In this document: piece by piece, positions 1 through 9,686 of the stretch
Layout: every line of letters begins with the position of its first letter
Numbering within the stretch: the first letter of the stretch is position 1
DNA from: a virus
Length of the DNA: 64,000 nucleotides
Direction: 5' to 3' (one strand)
IMG/VR virus record: IMGVR_UViG_3300035701_000003
Translations under genes and position numbers: made by a program
Notes under the pieces: generated by a model
Database searches by the model: none
What the model was told of the DNA's origin: nothing
What the model saw: only the letters and a program-made list of their open reading frames with translations

Positions 1-2
1 TT

Positions 3-1145
3 CCTAAAGAGGATATAGATAAACTTATAGAGTGGTTAAAAACTTATCCTCCTCTTACTATGGCTGCGGGTACCTTAACTAAACAATTTGAAGAAGAATG
101 GAGTAAAACTATAGGTGTTAGATACTCTGTTTTTTGTAATTCGGGTTCCTCTGCTAATCTACTTGCTTATAGTGCTATTATTAATACTTCGTCGCCATCT
201 TTTTATAAAAAGCATGTTGTTTTGTGCTCTGCCGGCTGGTCTACTACTTTATCCCCTCTTTTGGAAAGGCAAATTCCATGCGTGTTATGTGATGCTGATA
301 GAGATACTTTTGGGATTGATATGAAATCTCTAAAGTATCTTTTGGATACTATGGATATTTCTTTAGTAGTATTAGTTCATACTCTGGGAGTCCCGAATAG
401 GATGAATGAGATTTTAGGACTTAAGGAACTATATGGATTTCTTTTAATGGAGGATAGCTGCCCAGCAGTGGGTTCTAAGTATAATGACCAATATACGGGA
501 ACTTTTGGGGATATTAGTACTTTTTCTTTTTACTACGGGCATCAACTTTCTACTATAGAAGGGGGTATGGTTTGTACTAACGACGAATCTTTATATCACG
601 CTCTTTTAACCTTAAGAAGTCATGGTTGGGGAAAGAATTTACCTTTAAATATAAGGCACGAAGCTGAATTACAAAATAGAATAGATGAACACCATTCTGA
701 TTTTACTTTTTATTCTGATGGTTACAATCTCCGCCCTACAGAAATAAACGCTTTTTTAGGTTTAGAACAGATAAAGAGGTTGCCATATATTACGAATGTT
801 CGTAACTTTAATTTTCAGCATTATAGAAATCTATTAAAGAATAAATTTATAGTTCAAAATCCTCCTATGCACTCTACTGTTTCTTGTATAACTTTTCCTT
901 TTATAACTAATGGCGCCGCGGAGGCTAGAAAAGTTTTTGAAGTATTAAAGAAAGAGGAAATAGAGACACGTCCTATTTCTGGTGGGAGTTTAGGATTACA
1001 ACCTTTTTGGTTTGCTTATAATGGTGATTATAGTAGTTTTTCTTTTGCGGACAAATTACATAAATTTGGCTTTGTATTACCGTGTCACCCCGAAATGAGA
1101 CTAGAGGATATAGATTATATTTGCGATTTGTTGTTGAATATATAA
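3..1145 (+). CDS. DegT/DnrJ/EryC1/StrS PLP-dependent sugar aminotransferase/dehydratase (ColD/RfbH-like), 5'-truncated by the window edge
   Basis: Frame is open from base 3 (PKEDIDKLIEWLKTYPPLT precedes the track's Met). Motifs NSGSSANLL, EDSC and STFSFYYGHQLSTIEGGM have His at the usual PLP-Lys position, as in ColD-type dehydratases. Also LRSHGW and ETRPI. Confidence 0.9.
   Translation, partial: PKEDIDKLIEWLKTYPPLTMAAGTLTKQFEEEWSKTIGVRYSVFCNSGSSANLLAYSAIINTSSPSFYKKHVVLCSAGWSTTLSPLLERQIPCVLCDADRDTFGIDMKSLKYLLDTMDISLVVLVHTLGVPNRMNEILGLKELYGFLLMEDSCPAVGSKYNDQYTGTFGDISTFSFYYGHQLSTIEGGMVCTNDESLYHALLTLRSHGWGKNLPLNIRHEAELQNRIDEHHSDFTFYSDGYNLRPTEINAFLGLEQIKRLPYITNVRNFNFQHYRNLLKNKFIVQNPPMHSTVSCITFPFITNGAAEARKVFEVLKKEEIETRPISGGSLGLQPFWFAYNGDYSSFSFADKLHKFGFVLPCHPEMRLEDIDYICDLLLNI
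921..1043 (+). repeat. First copy (order A-B) of a 123-bp segment duplicated in permuted order at 1639-1762
   Basis: 947-1043 matches 1639-1735 with 1 mismatch; 921-947 matches 1736-1762 with 1 mismatch. Confidence 0.95.
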
Positions 1146-1157
1146 AAGGTATTAAGT

Positions 1158-1655
1158 ATGTTACAAGAAGCTATGGTGTCTAGTAAGACTGTGGAACACA
1201 TAACCCCCCAATTTTTCTTTAATCGTTTAGACAAAGAATTTCATTTTACCTTAGACCCCAGCGCTACTCATATTAATCATAAATGTGAAAAGTATTTTAC
1301 TATAAAAGAAAATGGTTTATTACAGGATTGGAGTAAAGATATTGTATTTATGAACCCCCCCTACGGAGGACATACTGGAGATTGGATTAAAAAAGCTTAT
1401 GAAGAAAGCCTTAAAGGAGCCGTAGTAGTGTGTTTAATAGCTGTAGGGACTAATAGGAGTTATTGGCACGATTATATTTTTCCATATGCTTCTCAAATAA
1501 GATGGTTAAGAGGTACTTTGAAATTTAGTGATATGAAGTCTACCGCTCCTTTTGCTTGTGTCGTAGTAGTTTTTAATAAGAGACTTTCTATCAATTATCA
1601 TTTTCAACATGTTTGGAATGTTTCTTCTAAGGATAAAAAAAGAAAGAGGAAATAG
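1158..1655 (+). CDS. Phage DNA N6-adenine methyltransferase (Dam_phage-like)
   Basis: FTLDPSA motif, GLLQDW, catalytic MNPPY, VVCLI..T.RSYWHDY and APF..VVVVF. Confidence 0.9.
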   Translation: MLQEAMVSSKTVEHITPQFFFNRLDKEFHFTLDPSATHINHKCEKYFTIKENGLLQDWSKDIVFMNPPYGGHTGDWIKKAYEESLKGAVVVCLIAVGTNRSYWHDYIFPYASQIRWLRGTLKFSDMKSTAPFACVVVVFNKRLSINYHFQHVWNVSSKDKKRKRK

Positions 1656-1762
1656 AGACACGTCCTATTTCTGGTGGGAGTTTAGGATTACAACCTTTTT
1701 GGTCTGCTTATAATGGTGATTATAGTAGTTTTTCTGAGGCTAAAAAAGTTTTTGAAGTATTA
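1639..1762 (+). repeat. Second copy (order B-A) of the aminotransferase-derived segment
   Basis: Direct visual alignment with 921-1043; it supplies the last codons and stop of the methyltransferase gene. Confidence 0.95.
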
Positions 1763-1765
1763 GAT

Positions 1766-2194
1766 ATGAGACAATATAATTATACATTTGCAGAATTATT
1801 AGATAGAATAGGAATAGTCCAAATGAAAGCTATCTTTATTCAAGAATATAAAGATAGTTATGATGAAGAAATAAAAGCTATTAAACATGATTTAGATCTT
1901 TTAATAAAAGAAAAGAATATAACTATAACCAGTACTTTATTACATGCTATAGAAGTACTTATGTTAAGTAATAGATATATTTGGGAAAATGAAACTAAGG
2001 TTAGGAGTTTAGGAAATAATTTTCAACAAGAGAATTTGTTAAGATTAACCCATTCTATTAACGGTGTTAGAAATAACGCTAAAAATATTATAAGTAAAGA
2101 AATAGGGGAGAGAGTTGATTTAAAGATAGACTGTCTCGCCTCGGATCTTATTAAAGAGTTTGGTAACTGGAATATTAACTATGAAATACAGTAG
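1766..2194 (+). CDS. Hypothetical all-alpha protein, DUF6165-like (often next to sugar-modification genes)
   Basis: N-terminal TFAELLDRIGIVQMK resembles the GELIDKITIL.IK motif (recalled, unverified). Confidence 0.4.
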   Translation: MRQYNYTFAELLDRIGIVQMKAIFIQEYKDSYDEEIKAIKHDLDLLIKEKNITITSTLLHAIEVLMLSNRYIWENETKVRSLGNNFQQENLLRLTHSINGVRNNAKNIISKEIGERVDLKIDCLASDLIKEFGNWNINYEIQ

Positions 2195-2864
2195 TGCTTT
2201 TGTGTATTACGCTAAGAGATTGGCAGAAGAACGTTATCAGCCTTTAACTTTAGAGAAGGAGAGAGAATTACTGCATCAATATTCTGCAGGGCACGAAGAA
2301 GCTTTTAATAAGATAGTAAACGCTTATTTAAGATTCGTTATTTTTCTTTTAAGAGAATTCAAAATACCAGATGATGTTGATATTATGGATATAATACAAG
2401 AAGGTAATTTAGGTCTTATGCACGGTTTAACCAAATTTAATCCAGAATTATACGATTGTAGGGTTTCTACTTATTGCGCCCACTGGATACGTTTTTTTCT
2501 GAATAAATCTTTATTTAGTTATTCAAAAGCACGTAACTTTTTTACTCCAATTCTTGAAGAGGAATACTTACAAGGATACGTAATAGAGAAAGATTCCTAT
2601 AAAGATAAAGCGAATACCGATATTGTGGAATATGCTCTTTCCAAGTTGAATAAAAGAGAACGCTTAGTTGTTAGTTTGTATTTCGGGCTTCGTCCCCCTT
2701 ATATGTCTAAAACCCTTCTAGAAATAGCCTCTATGTTACATATTAACTTCGAACGAGTAAGACAACTTAAGGACTTAGCTTTAGAAAAAATGAAACCCTA
2801 TGTAGATAACCCTCCTATTATAAATCAAATAAGAAAGGAATGTTACAATTACTATGAAGAATAA
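2181..2864 (+). CDS. Sigma70-family RNA polymerase sigma factor (RpoD/RpoH-like regions 2 and 4)
   Basis: DIIQEGNLGLMHGLTKFNP..RVSTYCAHWIR (region 2) and LNKRERLVVSLYFGL..TLLEIASMLHINFERVRQL (region 4 HTH). The ATG at 2181 is preferred over the track start. Confidence 0.92.
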   Translation: MKYSSAFVYYAKRLAEERYQPLTLEKERELLHQYSAGHEEAFNKIVNAYLRFVIFLLREFKIPDDVDIMDIIQEGNLGLMHGLTKFNPELYDCRVSTYCAHWIRFFLNKSLFSYSKARNFFTPILEEEYLQGYVIEKDSYKDKANTDIVEYALSKLNKRERLVVSLYFGLRPPYMSKTLLEIASMLHINFERVRQLKDLALEKMKPYVDNPPIINQIRKECYNYYEE

Positions 2865-5283
2865 AACTATTGGGTATCTCAGCGATACCGCCGTTCGAAT
2901 AGCAACCGACCGTTATTTTACAGAAGAAGAAAAACGATTATTACCCGATATAGCGTTCGTGCATGCTTGTGATAGAATAGCTAAGGCTGTTTCCCTTGCT
3001 GAAAAGGAAGAATTGCAAAATCAATGGCGACAAGAATTTTATAAAGTAATAGTTAATAAAAAACTTGTACCAGCTGGTAGATTTTGGGCAAATGCTGGGC
3101 AAACTAACCAACAATTTCCAAACTGTTTTGTGTTTCCGATTAAAGATACTAAAGTAAATCATAAGGATGGCATATTCGATACACTCGCTACAGCCGTAGT
3201 TACAGCAAGTGGTGGCGGGGGCACCGGTTTCGATTTTTCTAGACTGCGTAGTAGAGGTATAAAAACTACTAAGAGTAGGGGGGTGGCTTCCGGACCTATT
3301 TCTTTTATTAAATCATATGACGCTGTAATGGAGAACATACAGCAGGGGGGCAGCAGACGCGCTGCTAATATGGGGGTTTTGAGGGTTGATCACCCTGACA
3401 TACTTGAATTTATATTTTTGAAGGATCGTAGTCAGAAGTATAGACGTTTTAATGTATCAGTTGCTATGACCGATAAATTTATGAAACAGTTAGGAGAAAG
3501 TCCTGATGATCCATGGGTAGTAATAGATCCTCATACAAAACAGCAATATTATATTTTTATGCCTCTCGACGCCGAACTTATTGATAATAGCCGCCTCGAA
3601 GAAGCTTATCCAGTTCATGATTATTTAAAGACTAATTATTTAAGGAGAGAATTACACGATTCTATAAAATCACCTATAGAAGGCGTTTATATAACTCCGC
3701 GAGATATCTGGTATGCTATTATATTAAATGCGTGGGAATGCGGCGATCCAGGTTTATTTTTTATTGATACTGCCAACAGAGCAAATCCTTTAATAGATCA
3801 TTATCAAGATTATAATTCTGAATATTACATACATGCTACAAATCCTTGTGGTGAAATTCCAATGGAAGATAATTCTATTTGTATGTTATCTGCTATTAAT
3901 CTTGCAACCTTTGTAATAGATAAGGGAGAAGAATCTATTATCGACTTTAAAGAACTTAAAAGAGTTACTTCTATAGGAGTTAGATTTCTTGATGATGCTT
4001 TAGATGTATCTGATTATCCTACGGATGATAATAAAAAGAAAGCGCTGTATACTCGAAGAATAGGATTAGGTTTAATGGGCTGGGCCGATTTGCTTATAAA
4101 AATGAAAATAATATATGGCAGCCTAGAAAGTATAGAATTAGCTAGAACTATTATGAAAACTATTAATACTACCGCTCTAGAAACAAGTATCTCTTTAGGA
4201 GCTGAGAAGGGAAACTTTCCACTTTTTACTGTTAGTAAGTATAACGTAGATCGTACGCAACTTACTAAAGATAATACTTTCCCTTTAGTAAAAACTTTAA
4301 GAAATTCTTACCGAACTACAATCGCCCCAACTGGAACTTCCTCTTTACTAGTTGGGGTTAACGAGAGTTTAGAACCTGTGTGGCAATTTGTGCATCTACG
4401 CAAGGATGAGACGGGTGAACATACAATCGAGCATTATTTATATACGGAATATGTTGATAACGCCATAGGGGTTATAGGAAGAATGGAAAAACCCCTACCT
4501 CCTTATTTTATAACTACTATGGAAATACCTTATAATCAGCATATAAAAATGCAAGCCGCCTTTCAGGATTATATTGATAATGCTATAAGTAAAACTATAA
4601 ATCTTCCCAAAGAAGCTACTAGAGAAGATGTGGAAGGTGCTTATAAGTTAGCTTATTCTATGGGATGCAAAGGTATTACTTGTTATAGAGATGGTAGTAA
4701 AGAGATACAAGTATTGAACGTAATTACTTCTTCCTTAGCAGAACCAACTTTACTACATTCCGTTACCCGAGAAGAGGGAATACTTTCTGGGTTGACTTGG
4801 AAAGTTAAAACGGGGGAAGGTACTTGTTATATAACGATTAACAAGAATGGTTCTCAACACCCCGTAGAAGTATTTATAAGAGTGGGTAAAGCTGGGTCTA
4901 ATATAAATGCTTATTCTGAAGCGTTGGGGCGTATAGTATCTCTTGCTTTACAGCACAAAGTAGACCCTAATATAATTACTAAACAATTAATTGGTATTTC
5001 TGGGGATAAAGTAATATTTCATAGTATAGGAAGCCATCATAAAGTGTTAAGCGTTCCAGACGCTGTTGGTAAAGTATTAGAAGATTTTCAATCTAAGGTA
5101 AACCTATTGAGTTATACTTTTAATGAAGGAGAAGCTCTTAAAGAAGAAGATAGAACACCAGAAGAAGATTCCGCTATCGATCTCAAGGGTACAGATATTG
5201 TGTTATGTAACGAGTGCCTTCAGCCGATAAAAGAAGTGAGGGGTTGTCGAACTTGCGGTTGTGGTAGTACTTGCGACGAATAA
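2854..5283 (+). CDS. nrdJ: Class II (adenosylcobalamin-dependent) ribonucleotide reductase with C-terminal TSCPD and Zn-ribbon domains
   Basis: NCFV, GGGTGFDFS, QQGGSRRAANM, active-site TNPCGE, RRIGLGLMG, TIAPTG, AISKTINLP, TCYRDGS. C-terminal VKTGEG..YITIN..EVFI and CNEC..CRTCG. Confidence 0.93.
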   Translation: MKNKTIGYLSDTAVRIATDRYFTEEEKRLLPDIAFVHACDRIAKAVSLAEKEELQNQWRQEFYKVIVNKKLVPAGRFWANAGQTNQQFPNCFVFPIKDTKVNHKDGIFDTLATAVVTASGGGGTGFDFSRLRSRGIKTTKSRGVASGPISFIKSYDAVMENIQQGGSRRAANMGVLRVDHPDILEFIFLKDRSQKYRRFNVSVAMTDKFMKQLGESPDDPWVVIDPHTKQQYYIFMPLDAELIDNSRLEEAYPVHDYLKTNYLRRELHDSIKSPIEGVYITPRDIWYAIILNAWECGDPGLFFIDTANRANPLIDHYQDYNSEYYIHATNPCGEIPMEDNSICMLSAINLATFVIDKGEESIIDFKELKRVTSIGVRFLDDALDVSDYPTDDNKKKALYTRRIGLGLMGWADLLIKMKIIYGSLESIELARTIMKTINTTALETSISLGAEKGNFPLFTVSKYNVDRTQLTKDNTFPLVKTLRNSYRTTIAPTGTSSLLVGVNESLEPVWQFVHLRKDETGEHTIEHYLYTEYVDNAIGVIGRMEKPLPPYFITTMEIPYNQHIKMQAAFQDYIDNAISKTINLPKEATREDVEGAYKLAYSMGCKGITCYRDGSKEIQVLNVITSSLAEPTLLHSVTREEGILSGLTWKVKTGEGTCYITINKNGSQHPVEVFIRVGKAGSNINAYSEALGRIVSLALQHKVDPNIITKQLIGISGDKVIFHSIGSHHKVLSVPDAVGKVLEDFQSKVNLLSYTFNEGEALKEEDRTPEEDSAIDLKGTDIVLCNECLQPIKEVRGCRTCGCGSTCDE

Positions 5284-5315
5284 TTTTTTTTTATACTTAA
5301 AGAAGAGATATTAAT

Positions 5316-6011
5316 ATGGTGCAATCAGTTATTTCTAACTTGCGTATCCCTATTGTAGTTCCTAAACGTAATAAGGGGAGCTATGAAGTTTTAAGCGATT
5401 GTAATATAAAAGCTACTTTGAATAGTGGTTTTAAAGACCCCGTAGACTTTATTCAGTATATAGTACCTTATATAAAGAACTCTTGTTTTGTGGATACCCC
5501 TTTGAAATTAGGTACTACTATTTACACAAGTGAAAATTTAGAGACCTTACAATTTTCTATGAATTTTTTATATCACTTAGACAGGTCTACTTCTTCCTTT
5601 AAGATATCCTTTTATGAAATGTTATGTTTTTATTCTGTAGAAATCTCCAAAGACCAAACTATATTAGAAATGGGTATAAAACTTCCCATTAGAGTAAAAG
5701 ATATAATCTCTTTACCAGGTTACTTGTATTTTTCTGTGTTGCAACCTAGTTACCATATTTATTTCGAAGATATTTTAGATTTTGTACAAAAACATGCTAG
5801 TATAAGATTTTATCCTCCTATTATTGCGGAAGACAAAGAAAGTTTAAAAGATTTAATTGATTTTGGAAAAAAGATTCCGGATTACTTAAATGCCTTTTCT
5901 AACGCTAAAAACTTTGATAGATTAGGAAAATCCTTAAAACTTCGCATAGACTACTCCGACGTGTATGATACGTATAATGCATCTTATGAAACTGTAGTAA
6001 AGGAAAATTGA
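5316..6011 (+). CDS. Degenerate FolE2 (GTP cyclohydrolase IB, T-fold) paralogue lacking catalytic motifs
   Basis: Aligns colinearly by eye with FolE2 at 12929: ISNLRIPIVV/VTNVYFPIKV, FLYHLDRS/FDYYLDRK, IYFEDILDFVQKHASIRFYP/IWLEDLIGVIEKQASAPVYP, LRIDYSD/LRVYNEE. SLCPC, AHNQRS and ESIH are absent. Confidence 0.65.
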   Translation: MVQSVISNLRIPIVVPKRNKGSYEVLSDCNIKATLNSGFKDPVDFIQYIVPYIKNSCFVDTPLKLGTTIYTSENLETLQFSMNFLYHLDRSTSSFKISFYEMLCFYSVEISKDQTILEMGIKLPIRVKDIISLPGYLYFSVLQPSYHIYFEDILDFVQKHASIRFYPPIIAEDKESLKDLIDFGKKIPDYLNAFSNAKNFDRLGKSLKLRIDYSDVYDTYNASYETVVKEN

Positions 6012-6013
6012 AT

Positions 6014-6772
6014 ATGGAAGACACCTCTAAAATAATAATGGTTAATGAAAGTTACGTGTGTATTCAAGCTGAAGGTAAATATATGGGGGTTCCTCATATT
6101 CTTATAAGGATGAGCGGCTGTGCCTTGAGATGTATGTTTAAAGATTCTATCTGCGATACTTTTTATAGTTCTTTTGTTCCTGAAAAGGGTAAGTATACTT
6201 TACAGAACATTAAAAAAATTTATGAAGATAATCCTGATATACATTATACTATGATTACGGGGGGAGGGCCTACCTTTAACCCTCCGCTTTTATGTACTTT
6301 AGTTGATTTAGCTAAAAGCTATTCTCATTTTGTTACTATAGAGACTGAAGGTTCTACTTTTGTTGCTACTAAAGCTGACTTTATTTCTCTTTCTCCTAAA
6401 TTAAGTAACTCTAGACCTCGAGTAGGTTCTTATAAAACTTTTGATAAGGACGTTATAATTAGTCCCGTTCAAGTACGGCGACACGAAACCTTACGTAAAA
6501 ATTATAGTGCTATGCTTAGAATGATTACTATGCATCCGGATTATCAACTTAAACCTGTAATAAGTAATATTACAAAGGATATGAAGGAGGTAAAAGAATT
6601 GCAAGAGAAATTAGATGTTCCTAATAGTAAAGTTTGGTTAATGCCCGAGGGAATAACTAATGATCAATTACAAATATTGAGACCAGATCTTATAAATTAT
6701 TGTGTTAAGCGTGGTTATAATTATTCAGACCGTTTACAGATAGTAGCCTTTGGGAATAGGAGAGGAGTGTAA
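6014..6772 (+). CDS. queE: 7-carboxy-7-deazaguanine synthase (radical SAM)
   Basis: IQAEGKYMG.P..LIRMSGCALRC.....ICDT (Cx3Cx6C variant), ITGGGP, TIETEG, SLSPKL, VWLMPEG, YSDRLQI..FG..RG. Confidence 0.92.
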   Translation: MEDTSKIIMVNESYVCIQAEGKYMGVPHILIRMSGCALRCMFKDSICDTFYSSFVPEKGKYTLQNIKKIYEDNPDIHYTMITGGGPTFNPPLLCTLVDLAKSYSHFVTIETEGSTFVATKADFISLSPKLSNSRPRVGSYKTFDKDVIISPVQVRRHETLRKNYSAMLRMITMHPDYQLKPVISNITKDMKEVKELQEKLDVPNSKVWLMPEGITNDQLQILRPDLINYCVKRGYNYSDRLQIVAFGNRRGV

Positions 6773-7597
6773 GTGAGTCAACGACTTCTCTTTGGAGATT
6801 TTTTAAAGATTAGTGATACACTTCCTAATGATTCTGTTCATTTATTTATAATAGATCCTCCTTATCTTATAGATTATAAGGATTGGGATAAACAGAACGA
6901 GACCTTTTTAATAGACTGGGTAAATATTTGTATTAATAAAATCTCTCCTAATGGCACTATGTGGATTTTCATGGCGAAGGATAATCTTTTTACCCACGAC
7001 ACCTGTAAACCGGGTTTAGTGAATCTTCTGCAACTTTATGGCACCGTTCATTTAGAAAATTGGGTTACTTGGAGCCGGCAAAAAGGAAGAGGTTCTTCTA
7101 AACATCTCAAATCTCAAAGGGAAGAACTTATACATTTTACAAAACATCCTACAGATTATACTTGGAATAATTTAAAAGTAATAAGGGAAGTAATAGTACC
7201 TTATGTGAAAGATGGTAGGGCTAGAGGTTGGTTTCTTAATGAAAAAGGTCAGAGAGTAAGATGGACGGGACTTGGTAACTCTTGGGTATTTTCTCAACCT
7301 CAATGGAATGGAAGATTAGATAAACAAAGACATACTGCCCAAAAACCTTTTTTACTATACGAAAGATTATTGTTACTTAGTTCCAATCCGGGCAACTCAG
7401 TAGTAGACCCTTTCGCTGGGTCTTTTACCTTAGCTCATGTGTGTAAATATCATCATAGAGATTACGTAGGGTTTGAAAATAACGGAAAAATATTTTATGA
7501 AAATAGTGCGTACTTTTATGACCATTATAAGGATGTTATAAAAGCTTACGAAGAAGAAAAGAGAAGTTTTATAAATAGCACGCCCCAGGAGGTTTAA
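6773..7597 (+). CDS. Beta-class N4/N6 amino-methyltransferase (DNA methylase)
   Basis: Motif IV IDPPY is N-terminal; H.AQKP..LYERLL..SSNPG..VVDPFAGS (motif I) is C-terminal. Confidence 0.9.
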   Translation: MSQRLLFGDFLKISDTLPNDSVHLFIIDPPYLIDYKDWDKQNETFLIDWVNICINKISPNGTMWIFMAKDNLFTHDTCKPGLVNLLQLYGTVHLENWVTWSRQKGRGSSKHLKSQREELIHFTKHPTDYTWNNLKVIREVIVPYVKDGRARGWFLNEKGQRVRWTGLGNSWVFSQPQWNGRLDKQRHTAQKPFLLYERLLLLSSNPGNSVVDPFAGSFTLAHVCKYHHRDYVGFENNGKIFYENSAYFYDHYKDVIKAYEEEKRSFINSTPQEV

Positions 7598-7912
7598 ATG
7601 ATTGATAATCCTATGAGAGATAAAGAAGGATTTTATAATGAAATCAAGGAAACCACAAATTCTTATTTAGATGATCGCGAGTTAAGCCACCCTCCAGATT
7701 TTTTATATAATTGGATATTGGGAAATGTGTTAGAGAACTACGCTGTATTTCCTAAACATATATCTGTTGATAATTCTCAAGCTTATCGGTTTTTTGATAT
7801 AATATTACAATGGGCCCGCGTAGACCCCAGTACTAAGGAAATGGATATACCCGTAGAATCTATTTTACAGCATTTAGCTTCTGAAGGGTGGATAATAATT
7901 CCCCCTAAATGA
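7598..7912 (+). CDS. Hypothetical protein
   Basis: 104-aa ORF abutting its neighbours, with an RBS (ggagg). Confidence 0.75.
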   Translation: MIDNPMRDKEGFYNEIKETTNSYLDDRELSHPPDFLYNWILGNVLENYAVFPKHISVDNSQAYRFFDIILQWARVDPSTKEMDIPVESILQHLASEGWIIIPPK

Positions 7913-7913
7913 T

Positions 7914-9359
7914 ATGAATACAATTGAAATACAATTTTCTCCTATTAAATGTAAAATTTTAACACCACTTTCTATAGATATGAGTAACTTATTGCATGCT
8001 GAGTTATCTTACCAAATGGAAGGATTCTTTTTTTCTCCTAAATATCAAAGTCATGTGTGGGATGGTTATACTAGACTATATAATAAAAAAAGTCAATCTT
8101 TTAAGACTGGTTTACTATACCGGGTAACTGACCTTTTGACTAAGGAAGGTTATGATGTACATGTTAAAGATTTACACGAAACTACTTCTTTTAACCAACG
8201 GAATTTTAGTTATGAATTAAGGCGATATCAATTAGAAGCTGTAAATGATTTATTAAAGTTTAGATTTGGCGTATTACAGTCCCCTCCAAGAAGTGGCAAA
8301 ACCATGATAATACTAGCTACTATAGATAGCGATAGACAATTACCAGCTATTATATTAAGCCGTAGTTTAGATTTAGCTTACCAAACTCGAGATAAGGCTT
8401 CTGAAGCTTTACAAGATCTTAAAATAGGTATAGTAGGCGACGGCAAGTGTGAAATAGGAGACGTTACTATTGTTACGGTACAGAGTGCTTATTCCGCATA
8501 TGGTCAAAAGTATAAATTAGAGAAAGGGGAGAAAAAAGAGAAACCTTTAGACGAGGATAAAGAAAGTGTAAAGGAATTGTTGTATAATACTAAGACAGTA
8601 TTTTATGACGAAGCTCATGAAAGTGATGGAAGAACTAGTAGAGTAATATTGGATAAGTGTTCTAATGTTACTATGAGGATTGGAGTATCAGCTACTCCTT
8701 TCGAAGGAGAAGAGCAAGACTTGAGAGTAGAAGAAGCTGTAGGACCTGTAATACATAAGATATCTTATTCAGAACTGATAAAAGAAGGTTACTTATTAGC
8801 TCCTCTTATTTACATGTATAAACTACCTAAAATAGTAGTTGAAGGTAACTATCAATCTATTTACAAACAAGCCGTTACTAATAATGAATTCTTAACTAGC
8901 CTCATTAAGAAGATAGTAGATAAATTAGTTTCTCAAAACTACTCTGTAGTAGTACAAACAGAATTTCGAGAGCATTCTAAGCGGCTGGCTCAAATTTTAG
9001 AATGTCCTTGTTTAATAGGTAATGAACCAGCTGAAAAAAGAAAAGATGTTTTAGACAAAATTCGAAATAGAGAGTACTTATGCGTAGTATCTACTTTAAT
9101 AGAACAGGGTATTGATTTACCTTCTCTTAATTTTACTATTAACCTTGCTGGTGGTAAAAAGAAAATACCTACTATTCAAAGGATGCGTTCTCTGACTCCT
9201 TATGAAGGTAAAAAAGTTTGTGGGGTAGTAGACTTTATTCATCAATGTAAATATCTCAAGAAACATAGTAACTTGAGAAAGACTTTTTATCAATCTGAAT
9301 CTGAGTTTACTTTACTTGAAAAAGATGTTAGTAAGAAATCCTTGGAGGAAATAACGTGA
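7914..9359 (+). CDS. SF2 DNA helicase (UvsW/ResIII-like)
   Basis: LRRYQ Q-motif, Walker A PPRSGKT, DEAH, SAT, LIEQGIDLP and IQRMR. Confidence 0.92.
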   Translation: MNTIEIQFSPIKCKILTPLSIDMSNLLHAELSYQMEGFFFSPKYQSHVWDGYTRLYNKKSQSFKTGLLYRVTDLLTKEGYDVHVKDLHETTSFNQRNFSYELRRYQLEAVNDLLKFRFGVLQSPPRSGKTMIILATIDSDRQLPAIILSRSLDLAYQTRDKASEALQDLKIGIVGDGKCEIGDVTIVTVQSAYSAYGQKYKLEKGEKKEKPLDEDKESVKELLYNTKTVFYDEAHESDGRTSRVILDKCSNVTMRIGVSATPFEGEEQDLRVEEAVGPVIHKISYSELIKEGYLLAPLIYMYKLPKIVVEGNYQSIYKQAVTNNEFLTSLIKKIVDKLVSQNYSVVVQTEFREHSKRLAQILECPCLIGNEPAEKRKDVLDKIRNREYLCVVSTLIEQGIDLPSLNFTINLAGGKKKIPTIQRMRSLTPYEGKKVCGVVDFIHQCKYLKKHSNLRKTFYQSESEFTLLEKDVSKKSLEEIT

Positions 9360-9679
9360 CAAGAACCGAAAGAAAAAGAAAAAGAAAAATCCAAGTAAAT
9401 CAACTTTCTAGTAATTATTTAGGAGAATTTGCTGATTATTTAGAAAAGAATGTTATGGGTAATGACGCTGATGGTACTACTATGTTTATAAGATGTTTAG
9501 CAGATATAATGGATAGGATTAAATTACATATTAAACAACACCCTACGGAAGCCGAAGTATACAGAGAAGCAGGGCATTATTTTATAGAATCAGCTATAGA
9601 TACTTTGAATGAATCTGTTCCTGATTTTCTTATAGATGCAGAGAACTTAAAAATAAAACTGGGCTACTATATTCAATAA
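9356..9679 (+). CDS. Hypothetical protein
   Basis: 107-aa ORF overlapping the helicase stop. Confidence 0.7.
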   Translation: MTRTERKRKRKIQVNQLSSNYLGEFADYLEKNVMGNDADGTTMFIRCLADIMDRIKLHIKQHPTEAEVYREAGHYFIESAIDTLNESVPDFLIDAENLKIKLGYYIQ

Positions 9680-9686
9680 AGATATT

